Shown: in pieces, positions 8,925 through 18,352 of the stretch
Numbering within the stretch: position 1 is the stretch's first letter
Layout of the letters: each line of letters starts with the position of its first letter
Virus record (IMG/VR): IMGVR_UViG_3300022752_004319
Span: 67,754-131,753 of that record
Length of the DNA: 64,000 nucleotides
Source: a virus
Direction: 5' to 3' (one strand)
Notes under the pieces: model-generated
Told to the model about the DNA's origin: nothing
The model's input: the letters and a program-made list of their open reading frames with translations, nothing else
Database searches by the model: none
Translations under genes and position numbers: made by a program

Positions 8925-11444
8925 ATGGCTCTACCTAAAAAAGTAATACCAAATATTAATTTAGTTCCTCCAAAAATATTATTGGAGCGAAGAGAACAAT
9001 TGTTGGAGGATATCACAAACGATGGTACATACCTTCCAAAGAATTTAGATTATGCTGATCTAGATAGGGGGTTTTTGGATTTTGTAAAAAACGAATTAAA
9101 AACAATTGTAGATGGTAAAATAATACCTACTGTTGACATTCTTATCACCACACAAAATTGGGCTCAATTTACACAGACGTGGTCTTTTCAAGATTTGAAT
9201 GGTAACACAGAACCACCCTTTATTACTGTTGTTAGAGTTCCTGAAGTTAAATATGGTACAAATCCAGCGACACTTTATAATATCCCAAATCAAAAAGAAT
9301 TCTTTTATGCAGCAGTTCCAACTTGGAATGGTAATATAAAGGGATTAGACATTTATAAAATTCCCCAACCTGTACCCGTTGATATTTCTTTCAACGTTAA
9401 AATAATTTGTAATCGTATGAGAGAACTCAACGAGTTTAATAAAAATGTAATTCAAACTTTTGCCTCTCGGCAAGCTTACACAAAAGTTAATGGTCATTTT
9501 ATTCCGATTATAAATTCAAATATTTCTGATGAATCTGTAACTCAAATCGACAAACGTAGATTTTACATTCAGAATTATGACTTCACTATGTTGGGATTTA
9601 TTTTAGATCAAGACAAATTCGAGGTGGCTCCTGCGGTATCAAGAGTATTGAATGTTTTCGAAACAAATTTCAAACCAATCAATCGAAAAAGAAAAGTATT
9701 CCCTGTAAATGAAGGTGTATTTGATTTAACAGTTCAAGCGGTTAGGAATTCTCCTGTAGTTCGTACAATAAATGTTGATTATACAGGAACCTTTACCATA
9801 TTGTCAACTCAGAATGTTAGTTCATATGATCTATTTGTAAGTTTAAGTAATAGTTCTGAATTTGATTTTTATGGGACTAATGTAATCAATTTTGAGGTAA
9901 ATACGGGTGATCGATTGAGATTTGAGATTACCCAACAAAATAATGATCCAACCTCAATTATTACTTATGCGGTTTCTTTGATCGGGTCACCTCAAAATTT
10001 AACTTTTGATCTTCCAACCCCATCCGTTACACCGAGTAATACTGTTACCCCCACAAACACACCAACAAATACTCCAACACCCTCTGTAACACCATCTCAA
10101 ACATTAACACCAACAAGTTCCATAACTCCTACACCAACCCCCTCGTTAACATCATCTCCAACATCTACGCAGACAACTACTCCTACTCCTTCTTCTACCT
10201 CTACTTCAGGTTGTGAAACTTATACTTATACGTGTTACAATTATCAAATTACCAACACATCAAGTTCTGAACAACCTTTATTATTAATATATTCAGCGTG
10301 TACATCACAACCAACCGTATTGTCAATATCTTTAACTTCAGGACAAACAACTACGATATGTGCCGTGGCATATACGATAGTTGTTGCCGATAGTTATTCT
10401 ATAGTTTCTTTGGGTACCTGTGGTTCTTTTTGTATTACTTTCACAAACATTCTTGTTCATATACCTAACCTGACACCCTCATTGACACCATCTCCAACAC
10501 TAACACCGACAAGCTCCATAACACCAAGTATTACTCCAACTAAAACACCAACACCAACACTAACACCGACAAGCTCCATAACACCAAGTATTACTCCAAC
10601 TAAAACACCAACACCAACAAGTTCCATAACACCAAGTATTACTCCAACAAATACAACATCAGTTACACCAACTAGTTCCATAACTCCTACACCAACACCA
10701 ACAAACACTCTTCCCCTAGTAACCGACTATGATGGTAATACTTATGAACAAATTATAATTGGTAACCGTGTGTGGTTGGGGGGTAATATGAAAACTACTC
10801 ATTACAACAATGGGGATATAATACCATATAGAGGTTATTTATCTGGTAACACCGAACCGTTTTGTTCGTTTAGTGGCGAGGGTGCGTGGATGTATACTAA
10901 ATTGAGTGACAATTTTCCTGAAGACCCTAATTACAATCAGACCGCTGGTAAACTTTATAATTATTATACAATTACCGATGTACGTGGTATTTGTCCCGTA
11001 GGATTCAGACCAGCAGACACTGGCGATTGGTATAATTTAAGTATATCTTTGGGCGGAGGTATAAGTGGTGGTCAGTCTCCTTCAAACTTTTATCCCATCA
11101 ATGGGGGGTTGAATGGGGCTCTAGCTCCTTATACAGGTTTTTCACAACAAATTAAATCTACTCTAAACCCACCTTATGGTTGGACAATATTAGCTTCTGA
11201 ACCTATTCCTACAAATTCTTCGAATTTCTCAGCTTATCCTAGTGGAGGTATTTATGCGGGGATTGAGGATACTTGTAATCCGTTTTTTAATGGTAATAAC
11301 GAGTGTTGGTGGTGGACCAATAGTTCCAATTTTTACTTACCAGATACGATTAACTATGTTTACCTTGGAGGCACCGTCCTTGGAGGGGATTCGGCTCAAC
11401 CAAATTCGGCACTTTGTATCCGTTGTGTTAGAGATCTTGTCTAA
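8925..11444 (+). CDS. Putative tail terminator/completion protein fused via Thr/Pro linkers to a FISUMP (Fibrobacter major paralogous) domain
   Basis: N-terminal IPQPVPVDISFNVKI region and position before sheath; C-terminal TDYDGNTY..IGNRVW..GKLYNY..ICPVGF..CIRCVRD. Confidence 0.65.
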   Translation: MALPKKVIPNINLVPPKILLERREQLLEDITNDGTYLPKNLDYADLDRGFLDFVKNELKTIVDGKIIPTVDILITTQNWAQFTQTWSFQDLNGNTEPPFITVVRVPEVKYGTNPATLYNIPNQKEFFYAAVPTWNGNIKGLDIYKIPQPVPVDISFNVKIICNRMRELNEFNKNVIQTFASRQAYTKVNGHFIPIINSNISDESVTQIDKRRFYIQNYDFTMLGFILDQDKFEVAPAVSRVLNVFETNFKPINRKRKVFPVNEGVFDLTVQAVRNSPVVRTINVDYTGTFTILSTQNVSSYDLFVSLSNSSEFDFYGTNVINFEVNTGDRLRFEITQQNNDPTSIITYAVSLIGSPQNLTFDLPTPSVTPSNTVTPTNTPTNTPTPSVTPSQTLTPTSSITPTPTPSLTSSPTSTQTTTPTPSSTSTSGCETYTYTCYNYQITNTSSSEQPLLLIYSACTSQPTVLSISLTSGQTTTICAVAYTIVVADSYSIVSLGTCGSFCITFTNILVHIPNLTPSLTPSPTLTPTSSITPSITPTKTPTPTLTPTSSITPSITPTKTPTPTSSITPSITPTNTTSVTPTSSITPTPTPTNTLPLVTDYDGNTYEQIIIGNRVWLGGNMKTTHYNNGDIIPYRGYLSGNTEPFCSFSGEGAWMYTKLSDNFPEDPNYNQTAGKLYNYYTITDVRGICPVGFRPADTGDWYNLSISLGGGISGGQSPSNFYPINGGLNGALAPYTGFSQQIKSTLNPPYGWTILASEPIPTNSSNFSAYPSGGIYAGIEDTCNPFFNGNNECWWWTNSSNFYLPDTINYVYLGGTVLGGDSAQPNSALCIRCVRDLV
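10494..10619 (+). repeat. Exact 60-bp tandem duplication within a Thr/Pro linker
   Basis: 10494-10559 is identical to 10554-10619; a further partial copy follows. Confidence 0.95.
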
Positions 11445-11450
11445 GAGTCT

Positions 11451-11606
11451 TTAATCTTCCCCGTAGATATCTCTTTTCTTAGAACAGTTTTGTTCAATAA
11501 GTTTTTCCAAAAACTTATAAATTTTTATTCCATTTTCATCACAATATTTTTTTAGTTTGGTATGTGAATCTATTGAAATTTTAATGTTTTTGGTAGTTTT
11601 TTTCAT
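11451..11606 (-). CDS. Small ribbon-helix-helix-like DNA-binding protein (51 aa, absent from ORF track)
   Basis: Manual translation MKKTTKNIKISIDSHTKLKKYCDENGIKIYKFLEKLIEQNCSKKRDIYGED; alternating beta strand then two helices; TATTTAT upstream at 11641-11647 (-). Confidence 0.7.
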   Translation of the reverse strand: MKKTTKNIKISIDSHTKLKKYCDENGIKIYKFLEKLIEQNCSKKRDIYGED

Positions 11607-11722
11607 AAAAGATAAAAAAAGATAATTTTTACTTACTAATATAAATAAGTTTTTTAAAAAAAAAATACTTTATCAATTGAGATAATATTTATATCAATAA
11701 AACCTAAAAAAAATTACATAGT

Positions 11723-14700
11723 ATGGCAACTACCAATAAAATATTTGTTTCCCCTGGTGTTTATACATCCGAGAGGGATTTGAGTTTTGTAGCACAGAGT
11801 GTTGGTGTTACAACTTTGGGTTTGGTTGGTGAAACTCTTACGGGCCCAGCCTTCGAACCTATTTTCATAACTTCTTATGATGAATTTGAAGCATTTTTCG
11901 GAGGTACACTCCCTGAAAAATTTGTAAATACACAGATACCAAAATATGAATTAGCTTATATTGCTAAATCATATTTACAACAATCAAATCAATTGTTTGT
12001 AACTCGTGTATTGGGACTTTCAGGGTACGATGCTGGACCAAGTTGGTCGTTATTAACTGTGGCTAATGTTGACGGGACTACTGTGGATTTTGCAAGAACA
12101 AACAATATCATTCAAAATCAAACGTGGACTCTTAATTTTGTTGCAACACAAGGCGGAACTGTTTCAATAGCACCTTCTGGGAATAGTTTGGTTAATCAAA
12201 ATTTAAATAATGTTTTCACTTTATTAAATGGTAATCAATCGTCGATTTCAGCACAATTGACCAATCAAATTTTAGGTGTGGTAAATTCTTCAGGTGCCAC
12301 ACAAAATAATACTGTGTATTTTTTTGGAACCGTACCCGAGGCTACATATCAAGTTTTAACATCTTACACCGCACAAACAAATGTATTTGGTGTTTCTGGT
12401 TTAACTGATTTCAATGCTGATTTCTCATCACCAGATAATGATGCTTGGTATTACGCAAACTTCAACGAACCAGCAAATGCTCCTTATTCTGGATATTCGT
12501 TTTTTTCTGTTGTAACTAGTTTTGTTAATAATGGTTCAGGAACTTACACAGGTACATTATCAGGTGTTACTTTCAATTATAGCGGTAAATCTTTTGCCGA
12601 TTATGATGAAATTTGTATAGCTACTTTGAGGTCTCGTGGTATTTCCACATATGGCTCTGGTCAGGGAGGTCCTCAATATCAAGTAACAGGTTTAACATCA
12701 GTTGGATTGAATTTAATTGGTACTTATTCGGCGGCAACACAAAACCCTTTTGCACGTTTTGCTATAACAGGTGTTACCGACGGCGCTGATACACCTGAAA
12801 ATTTTTCTTTACTTGTATCTTTTTCTCAAACCGACCAAAATTATTTGCCGTCTGTTATGGGACGTACAAACTTTGGTAAGAGTAGGTTTGAAATCCCACT
12901 TTTTGTTGAGGAGATTTACCCTTCGTTTTTGACCTATGCATACAATAAAGGTTATATCAGAGGAATAAAACCTCAAATTTTATCAGCTCCAGGGTTACGT
13001 TATGGAAACATTCTCCCGACACCTACAACACAAAATAATATATCAGCACAATCAATGGCTAATTATTTAGAAAGATATAGATCGGGAGAATCCCCTTGGG
13101 TAGTTTCTCAACTTCGTGGTAGTACTGTAGACAGACTTTTCAAGGTTCTTACGATTTCTGATGGAGATAGTTCGAATGTACAAGTCAAAATTTCAATTCA
13201 AAATATATCTTTTGGTAATCTATCATTTGATTTGGGTGTTAGAGATTTTTACGATACTGACACAAATCCTGTTTATTTAGAAAAGTTTACTAACTGTTCT
13301 ATGGATCCAAGTTCTAACAGTTACATTGGTGTTAAGATTGGTACATCAGATGGTGAGTATGCTCTCAATTCAAAATATATTATGCTTGAATTGAACGCTG
13401 ACGCACCTGTGACTTCACTACCTTGTGGATTTGAAGGATATGAAGCTCGTAACGTGCCAGGTTTCCAACCAGCTTACCCGATTTACAAATTGAGTTATAA
13501 CTATCCCGGTGAGGTTATTTACAATCCTCCTTTTGGTTCTATGACAGGACCAACATCATCTCGTGGAATGTCAAACGCAATTATGAGTCAAGGCGATAAA
13601 GTCCGTACAACATTTTTGGGTATTTCAAGTCAAATAGGGTATGACGTTGATTTTTATCAATATAAAGGAGCTAAAGCACCTCTTGATATTTGTACAAGTG
13701 AATTTGCGTTACCTTATGATTATCAAACACAAGGTTTCCATATGGATTCAGGAGCGACTGTAGTTCAGATCGTATTTGGACCAACAGCAGGAACTCCCGC
13801 CTTTTTATGTGGTAATGCCACGTTCCAATCTGATCCAGATTCACCTTCTAATCCTTATTATCAAATTCAAGCTCGTAAGTTTACTTTCTTGGTTCAAAAG
13901 GGTTATGATGGTTGGGATATCTATCGTGAGTATCGTACAAATGGTGATCAATTTGTTTTGGGTGGTTCAGGATATCAGAGAGGTGCATGTGCATCTACAA
14001 GATATCCAAACGCAACAGGATGGGGCGCGTTTAAACCAATTAGTATTTCAAATTTCACGGATTATACTAATACGGATTACTATGCTTACTTACTAGGTAT
14101 AAGTACTTTTAATAATCCAGAATCAACTAATATCAATGTTTTTGCAACCCCGGGTATTGATTACGTTAACAATTCTAATTTAGTGGAAGATGCGATTTCA
14201 ATGATTACCTATCAAAGAGCGGATTCAATTTATATTGCAACCACCCCTGATTGCAATGTGTTCTTACCTACCAATATAGATAATTTTATTTATCCAACCG
14301 AAGCGGTAGACAATTTGGATGAAGTTGGTATTGATTCAAACTACACAGCTACTTACTATCCTTGGATCTTGGTAAGAGATACTGTGAATAACACACAGAT
14401 TTACATTCCCCCAACAAATGAAGTTTGTAGAAACTTGGCTCTAACGGATAATATTTCATTCCCTTGGTTTGCTACCGCTGGTTACACTCGTGGTTTGGTC
14501 AACGCTATCAAAGCTCGTAAGAAACTTACACAAGAAGATAGAGACACTTTGTATCAGGGCCGTATTAATCCTATCGCTACGTTCTCTGATGTTGGAACTG
14601 TGATTTGGGGTAACAAAACTCTTCAGATTGCTGATACAGCATTGAATAGAATTAATGTGAGAAGATTGTTACTACAAGCTAGAAAACTTATCTCCGCAGT

Positions 14701-14956
14701 TGCCGTTAGGTTATTGTTCGAACAAAACGATGCCAAGGTACGTCAGGACTTCTTAGACAGCGTCAATCCTATTTTGGATGCCATCAGAAGAGACAGAGGT
14801 CTTTATGACTTCAGAGTGACTGTAAGCAGTTCTCCTGAGGATTTAGACAGAAACACACTCACAGGTAAAATCTATCTGAAACCTACTAAAGCGTTAGAAT
14901 TTATCGATATAGAGTTCTTGATTACACCAACTGGAGCATCTTTTGAGAATATCTAA
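11723..14956 (+). CDS. Contractile tail sheath protein
   Basis: FVSPGVYTSE N-terminus; PWFATAGYTRG, INPI, WGNKTL, RINVRRLL, LLFEQND, LEFIDIEF C-terminal sheath motifs. Confidence 0.95.
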   Translation: MATTNKIFVSPGVYTSERDLSFVAQSVGVTTLGLVGETLTGPAFEPIFITSYDEFEAFFGGTLPEKFVNTQIPKYELAYIAKSYLQQSNQLFVTRVLGLSGYDAGPSWSLLTVANVDGTTVDFARTNNIIQNQTWTLNFVATQGGTVSIAPSGNSLVNQNLNNVFTLLNGNQSSISAQLTNQILGVVNSSGATQNNTVYFFGTVPEATYQVLTSYTAQTNVFGVSGLTDFNADFSSPDNDAWYYANFNEPANAPYSGYSFFSVVTSFVNNGSGTYTGTLSGVTFNYSGKSFADYDEICIATLRSRGISTYGSGQGGPQYQVTGLTSVGLNLIGTYSAATQNPFARFAITGVTDGADTPENFSLLVSFSQTDQNYLPSVMGRTNFGKSRFEIPLFVEEIYPSFLTYAYNKGYIRGIKPQILSAPGLRYGNILPTPTTQNNISAQSMANYLERYRSGESPWVVSQLRGSTVDRLFKVLTISDGDSSNVQVKISIQNISFGNLSFDLGVRDFYDTDTNPVYLEKFTNCSMDPSSNSYIGVKIGTSDGEYALNSKYIMLELNADAPVTSLPCGFEGYEARNVPGFQPAYPIYKLSYNYPGEVIYNPPFGSMTGPTSSRGMSNAIMSQGDKVRTTFLGISSQIGYDVDFYQYKGAKAPLDICTSEFALPYDYQTQGFHMDSGATVVQIVFGPTAGTPAFLCGNATFQSDPDSPSNPYYQIQARKFTFLVQKGYDGWDIYREYRTNGDQFVLGGSGYQRGACASTRYPNATGWGAFKPISISNFTDYTNTDYYAYLLGISTFNNPESTNINVFATPGIDYVNNSNLVEDAISMITYQRADSIYIATTPDCNVFLPTNIDNFIYPTEAVDNLDEVGIDSNYTATYYPWILVRDTVNNTQIYIPPTNEVCRNLALTDNISFPWFATAGYTRGLVNAIKARKKLTQEDRDTLYQGRINPIATFSDVGTVIWGNKTLQIADTALNRINVRRLLLQARKLISAVAVRLLFEQNDAKVRQDFLDSVNPILDAIRRDRGLYDFRVTVSSSPEDLDRNTLTGKIYLKPTKALEFIDIEFLITPTGASFENI

Positions 14957-14975
14957 TAGTTTTTTTTCTCTTTTT

Positions 14976-15008
14976 AAAACCCTCTAATTTTTTTTTAGGG
15001 GGTTTTTT
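14976..15008 (+). terminator. Intrinsic terminator after sheath gene
   Basis: AAAACCCTCTAA / TTAGGGGGTTTT stem (one G-U) followed by T run. Confidence 0.7.
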
Positions 15009-15070
15009 CATTATATTTGTTTATATTTATGTGTAGAGAAGTTCTCATTAAATTAAACTATATTTTACCA

Positions 15071-16597
15071 ATGAAGATAGAATTGTCATGTAAGAATTGT
15101 GATAAATTATTCACTACTGATTTTAAACACAGGGACAAACAATTTTGTAATAGATCCTGTTATTTTGAATTTGCAAGAAAAAACAACTTATTAGGTAAAG
15201 AAAAGGATCAATCTATTAGAGAGACTAGAAAATGTTTACAATGTGGTGTTGAATTTGTAGAAAGAAAAAAACACAAAAAAAATATTTGTTCCGATGAATG
15301 TCGGGGTTTATGGGGTTCAAATAAAGACAATATAAAAAAAAGAATAGAAAAATCTCAGAAAGTTTTATTGGAGAAGTACGGGTACAATTCAATTTTCAAA
15401 ATTAATGGTTTCCGAGAGAATATGAAGCAAATTTTCCAGAAAAAGTATGGTGCAGATCATCCTATGGGTTGTAAAGTAATTGTGGACAAATTGAAAAATA
15501 CCGTCAAAGAGAAACACATTATAAATTTATTAACGAGATTAAAAAAACATAATATTATCTTGTTAGACGACTATAAAACTAATAAAAACGGCAATACTAC
15601 CTATCCTTATAATTTTCGATGTGATGTCTGTAACAACGTATTTTCGAGTACTCTTCTAGGTTCTGGTAAAGTACCTATATGTCGGAAATGTTACCCCATA
15701 ACTAAAAATTCTAAATTGGAGACTATCATTAAGGATTTTTTGAATGAGAAAAATGTTAAACATTTAGATAATGATAGGAAATTACTTAGTGGTAAAGAGA
15801 TTGATATTTTTTTACCTGATTATAATTTGGGTATAGAACTTAATGGGAATTATTTTCATTCCGAGGTTTCTGGTAACAAAGACAAATATTATCATTTGAA
15901 TAAAATGATTTTGGCTTCATCAAAAAATTTAAAACTTTTGCATTTTTTTGAGGATGAAATAATATTAAAAAAAGAAATTGTTTTTTCGCGTTTATCTAAT
16001 CTTCTAAATCTTAATAGAGTAATTTATGCTAGAAATTGTTTAATAAAAGAAGTAATCAAGAAAGAGTCTTCAGATTTTTTAAATACAAATCATCTACAAG
16101 GAAATTCTGTTGATAAAATTAGATACGGATTATACCATAATGACATATTGGTTTCAATTATGACTTTTGGAAAAAAAAGAAAGTCGTTGGGTCACAATCA
16201 ATCAGGGGTTGATGATTATGAACTTGTTAGGTATTGTAATATTTTGAACCACAATATTGTTGGTGGTTTCAGTAAATTATTGAATTTTTTTATTAAAACC
16301 CATTCACCGAGAATTATTGAAACGTATGCTGATATCAGATGGTCGGGATTAAACCCAATCAATACTGTATATTCAAAAAATGGTTTCGTTTTTAAAAAAC
16401 AAACACCCCCAAATTATTGGTACATAAAAAACGGCGATTCATTACACCGAAGTCATAGATTTACATTCAGAAAAAATGTTTTAGTCCAAGAGGGGCATTC
16501 CAAAGAAAAAACTGAATGGGAAATAATGAAAGAGAAGGGGTATGATAGAATTTGGGATTGTGGTTCTATGAAATTTGAATTGACTCCTATCAAATAA
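15071..16597 (+). CDS. Free-standing Hef-like putative homing endonuclease (Zn fingers, Vsr/PD-(D/E)XK-like nuclease, C-terminal GNAT-like domain)
   Basis: CxxC..FCxxxC pairs, EKYG repeats, EIDIFLPDYNLGIELNGNYFH, NHLQG..ELVRYC..GGFSKLL..YADIRWS..RIWDCG; ATG 15071 preferred over TTG 15017. Confidence 0.75.
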   Translation: MKIELSCKNCDKLFTTDFKHRDKQFCNRSCYFEFARKNNLLGKEKDQSIRETRKCLQCGVEFVERKKHKKNICSDECRGLWGSNKDNIKKRIEKSQKVLLEKYGYNSIFKINGFRENMKQIFQKKYGADHPMGCKVIVDKLKNTVKEKHIINLLTRLKKHNIILLDDYKTNKNGNTTYPYNFRCDVCNNVFSSTLLGSGKVPICRKCYPITKNSKLETIIKDFLNEKNVKHLDNDRKLLSGKEIDIFLPDYNLGIELNGNYFHSEVSGNKDKYYHLNKMILASSKNLKLLHFFEDEIILKKEIVFSRLSNLLNLNRVIYARNCLIKEVIKKESSDFLNTNHLQGNSVDKIRYGLYHNDILVSIMTFGKKRKSLGHNQSGVDDYELVRYCNILNHNIVGGFSKLLNFFIKTHSPRIIETYADIRWSGLNPINTVYSKNGFVFKKQTPPNYWYIKNGDSLHRSHRFTFRKNVLVQEGHSKEKTEWEIMKEKGYDRIWDCGSMKFELTPIK

Positions 16598-16668
16598 TTT
16601 TTTTTATTATTTCAAGTATTTATAATTCAGTAAGTCTAAATTGTACATTATTGAGATTGTTTTTTTTT

Positions 16669-17490
16669 ATGAGAATAACGAAATATACGTTAAAGGAAGG
16701 TTTTGACATTGAAGGTACCCCCGATTTGAAGTATTATGCTTTTGACTGGGATGATAATATTCTTCAGATGCCAACAAAAATTATGTTGGTTGATGCTGGG
16801 GGTAATGAAGTTGGTATGTCAACAGAGGACTTTGCAAAATTCCGATCTAAAATTGGAAGTGGGGAATTTGAATACGAAGGACATAAAATTGTTGGGTATG
16901 CGGAAGATCCTTTTAGATTTTTTAGGACACTAGGTGATAAAAAGTTTTTGTTCGATGCAATGCAGGCAAAACCTGGACCAGCCTGGTCAGATTTTATTGA
17001 AGCCATCAACAACGGATCTATTTTTTCTATCATCACAGCTAGAGGACATAACCCAAGAACAATTAGAGAAGCTATCTACAATATGATCATACAAAATCAT
17101 ATGGGTATCAACAGAGATTTACTTGTTAAAAACCTTAAGAAGTATAGAAAGATTACCAAGGAAGGTCCAACAAATACAAAAGATCTTGTTAATTACTACT
17201 TGGATTTGAACAAATATTATCCTGTTTCCTTTGGAGATGAGGGAAGTGCTTCAAATCCTGAAGAACTCAAAGTGAAAGCTCTTAGAGAATTCATTAACTA
17301 TGTTAAACAACATGCAAAGAAGTTAAAAAAGAAACTCTATTTGAAAGATGAAATAAGTAATAGATTTATACCTACAATTGGGTTTTCAGATGATGATATA
17401 AAGAACTTAGAAAGAATTAAACAAGAATTTATTAAAGAACCTTTATTAAAAACTTATAACACTTCATCAGGAACTAAAACCAAATTCTAA
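16669..17490 (+). CDS. HAD-superfamily phosphatase-like protein
   Basis: YAFDWDDNI (motif I), IITARG (II), ELK (III), GFSDDD (IV); ATG 16669 preferred. Confidence 0.7.
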   Translation: MRITKYTLKEGFDIEGTPDLKYYAFDWDDNILQMPTKIMLVDAGGNEVGMSTEDFAKFRSKIGSGEFEYEGHKIVGYAEDPFRFFRTLGDKKFLFDAMQAKPGPAWSDFIEAINNGSIFSIITARGHNPRTIREAIYNMIIQNHMGINRDLLVKNLKKYRKITKEGPTNTKDLVNYYLDLNKYYPVSFGDEGSASNPEELKVKALREFINYVKQHAKKLKKKLYLKDEISNRFIPTIGFSDDDIKNLERIKQEFIKEPLLKTYNTSSGTKTKF

Positions 17491-17497
17491 AAAAAAT

Positions 17498-17722
17498 TTA
17501 AATAAGATGTTATTAAGAACTTCTTTAAGAACATATAATGTTTTTTTAGAAAAAAACCAAATTCATAAAAACAATATCACATTAAAAATAAAAGTAAATA
17601 GAAAAATTTTTAAATAAGAAATTTATAAGAACTTCTTTAAGAACTTATAACGTTTTTTTAACAAAAAACCAAATTCATATACAGAGTACCAGATTAAAAA
17701 TAAAAGTAAATAGAAAAAAATT
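17498..17722. repeat. Imperfect intergenic tandem repeat, about 112-bp period, 2 copies
   Basis: TAAGAACTTCTTTAAGAAC at 17514 and 17626; shared AAAAAACCAAATTCATA and ATTAAAAATAAAAGTAAATAGAAAAA. Confidence 0.9.
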
Positions 17723-17759
17723 CAAAAGCTAATATTTATAAACAAAAAACAAAAAAGTT

Positions 17760-18248
17760 ATGGCTGATTTACTAATGAAAATGCCCGTTCCGTATGAACC
17801 GAAAAGGGTAAACCGATTTATACTTAGATTTGATTCAACGTTGGGTATTAACGAATGGTATGTTGAATCTACTGATAGACCTTCAATTGATATTGCATCT
17901 GTTGCAATTCCATTTTTGAATACAGAAACGTATGTGGCTGGAAGATTTAAATGGAATGCTATGAACGTGGTATTCAGAGACCCTATCGGGCCTTCGGCCA
18001 CACAAGCACTCATGGAGTGGGTTCGTCTTCATGCGGAATCAGTTACTGGTCGTATGGGGTATGCCGCTGGATATAAAAAGAACGTTGATTTAGAAATGTT
18101 AGATCCAACAGGTGTAGTTGTTGAAAAATGGATTTTGGATTCATGTATGATAACTAAATCAGCATGGAACCAAGCACAGTATGGTCAAGACGGACTTGCA
18201 ACACTCTCAGTTACACTCCAACCAGATCGTTGTATATTGGTCTACTAA
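17760..18248 (+). CDS. Tail tube protein (T4 gp19-like)
   Basis: YEPKRVNRF, YVAGRFKW, EW, YKKNVDLEMLDPTG..VEKW; 162 aa; downstream of sheath. Confidence 0.9.
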   Translation: MADLLMKMPVPYEPKRVNRFILRFDSTLGINEWYVESTDRPSIDIASVAIPFLNTETYVAGRFKWNAMNVVFRDPIGPSATQALMEWVRLHAESVTGRMGYAAGYKKNVDLEMLDPTGVVVEKWILDSCMITKSAWNQAQYGQDGLATLSVTLQPDRCILVY

Positions 18249-18270
18249 AAATTATTAAACCTTCATTATT

Positions 18271-18304
18271 AAAAAATCCTGTATATTAATATACGGGATT
18301 TTTT
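18271..18304 (+). terminator. Intrinsic (possibly bidirectional) terminator after tube gene
   Basis: AAAAAATCCTGTAT / ATACGGGATTTTTT stem-loop. Confidence 0.8.
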
Positions 18305-18352
18305 GTTTACTTACCAATAATATGAACTATAAATTATAGTATTTAATTAATT

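Noticed and set aside
10718-11444. Diversity-generating retroelement targeting the FISUMP-like domain
   Set aside because: No reverse transcriptase or adenine-variant template repeat seen in the window; cannot be excluded elsewhere in the genome
17498-17722. Possible CRISPR mini-array
   Set aside because: Only two long degenerate units with similar sequence throughout, no unique spacers, no cas genes
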